Source of the DNA: Macrostomum lignano
Lineage: Eukaryota
Length of the DNA: 64,000 bases
Assembly (NCBI GenBank): GCA_002269645.1
Contig: NIVC01000958.1
Coordinates: 278,067 to 342,066 of the forward strand
Reading direction: 5' to 3'
The notes under the pieces were generated by a model. The model was not told where the DNA came from, ran no database searches, and worked only from the letters and a program-made list of their open reading frames with translations. The position numbers and the translations under genes were made by a program. Of the stretch, positions 63,001 to 64,000 are shown one piece after another (position 1 is the first letter of the stretch; each line of letters opens with the position of its first letter).

Positions 63001-64000
63001 GGCTCTGAGAGCCAGAGCCCCAAACAGACAGAGAAATCTGTTCGAGTTGTGTCTGTAGGTTAGGTGGACAGCTACTCCACAGCACTTCTAGCGATAATCT
63101 GAGCCAGGAGTCTCCGAGAGCCTCTCGTTACACATCCAGATGTTCTGCCTTGATGCTGGACTAGCTCACTTTCTAGAATCTGTTCTGATTGCATTCTAAC
63201 AAACTGAAGCATTTTCTGCACTAAACTTTCTCGGCGGCTCTGAGAGCCAGAGCCTAAACAGACAGAGAAATCTGTTTCGAGTTGTGTCTGTAGGTTAGGT
63301 GGATCAGCTACTTCACAGCACTTCTATGCGATAATCTGAGCCAGGAGTCTCCGAGAGCTCTCGTTACACATCCAGATGTTCTGCCTTGATGTTGGACTAG
63401 CTCACTTTCTAGGAATCTGTTCTGATTGCATTCTAACAAACTGAAGCATTTTCTGCACTAAACTTTCTCGGCGGCTCTGAGAGCCAGAGTCTAAACAGAC
63501 AGAGAAATCTGTTCGAGTTGTGTCTGTAGGTAGGTTAGGTGGACCAGCTACTCCACAGCACTTCTAGGCGATAATCTGAGCCAGGAGTCTCCGAGAGCCT
63601 CTCGTTACACATCCAGATGTTCTGCCTTGATGCTGGACTACTCACTTTCTAGGAATCTGTTCTGATTGCATTCTAACAAACTGAAGCATTTTCGGCACTA
63701 AACTTTCTCGGCGCTCTGAGAGCCAGAGTCTAAACAGACAGAGAATCTGTTCGAGTTGTGTCTGTAGGTTAGGTGGATCAGCTATCCACAGGCACTTCTA
63801 GGCGATAATCTGAGCAGAGTCTCCGAGAGCCTCTCGTTACACATCCAGATGTTCTGCCTTGATGTTGGCTAGCCTCACTTTCTAGGAATCTGTTCTGATT
63901 GCATTCTAACCAAACTGAAGCATTTTCCTGCACTAAACTTTCTCGCGGGCTCTGAGAGCCTGGCCTAAACAGACAGAGAAAATCTGTTCGAGTTGTGTCT
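54060..64000 (+). repeat. 237-238-bp satellite array (about 41 monomers), running off the window end
   Basis: AAACAGA anchor at 54434, 54672, 54909, 55147; monomers highly similar; ~70-bp subunits at the left edge and at ~55430 and ~56520. Confidence 0.99.

Overview
Repeat-rich animal (spliceosomal, non-prokaryotic) genomic DNA. The LINE fragment and general style recall the flatworm Macrostomum, but that is unverified recollection. (1) 1-16889: two Helitrons joined head-to-tail (CTAG|TC at 2586/2587). The second (2587-16889) is complete and carries an 8-intron RepHel gene (~1729 aa: 23-aa STPR-like repeats, OTU protease, Zn finger, HUH Rep, Pif1 helicase). Its last exon is split by a 4.3-kb DNA transposon (37-bp perfect TIRs, 2-bp CA TSD) that could be spliced out in frame. 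(2) 16890-23046: a THAP-bearing TIR element with a nested LINE fragment, a SINE and minisatellites. (3) 24518-51332: a minus-strand cluster of type I membrane receptor-like genes. One is CUB-like/C-type-lectin-like, two are multi-Ig-like with Tyr-rich tails, and there is a possible last exon of a fourth. Two otherwise divergent paralogs share a near-identical ~1-kb exon-VNTR-exon tract. Their introns hold SINEs, a LINE fragment and minisatellites. (4) 51490-64000: a 1.5-kb (GACA)n tract and a ~10-kb array of 237-238-bp satellite. All gene models were assembled by hand from splice signals and phase checks; no database search was run.
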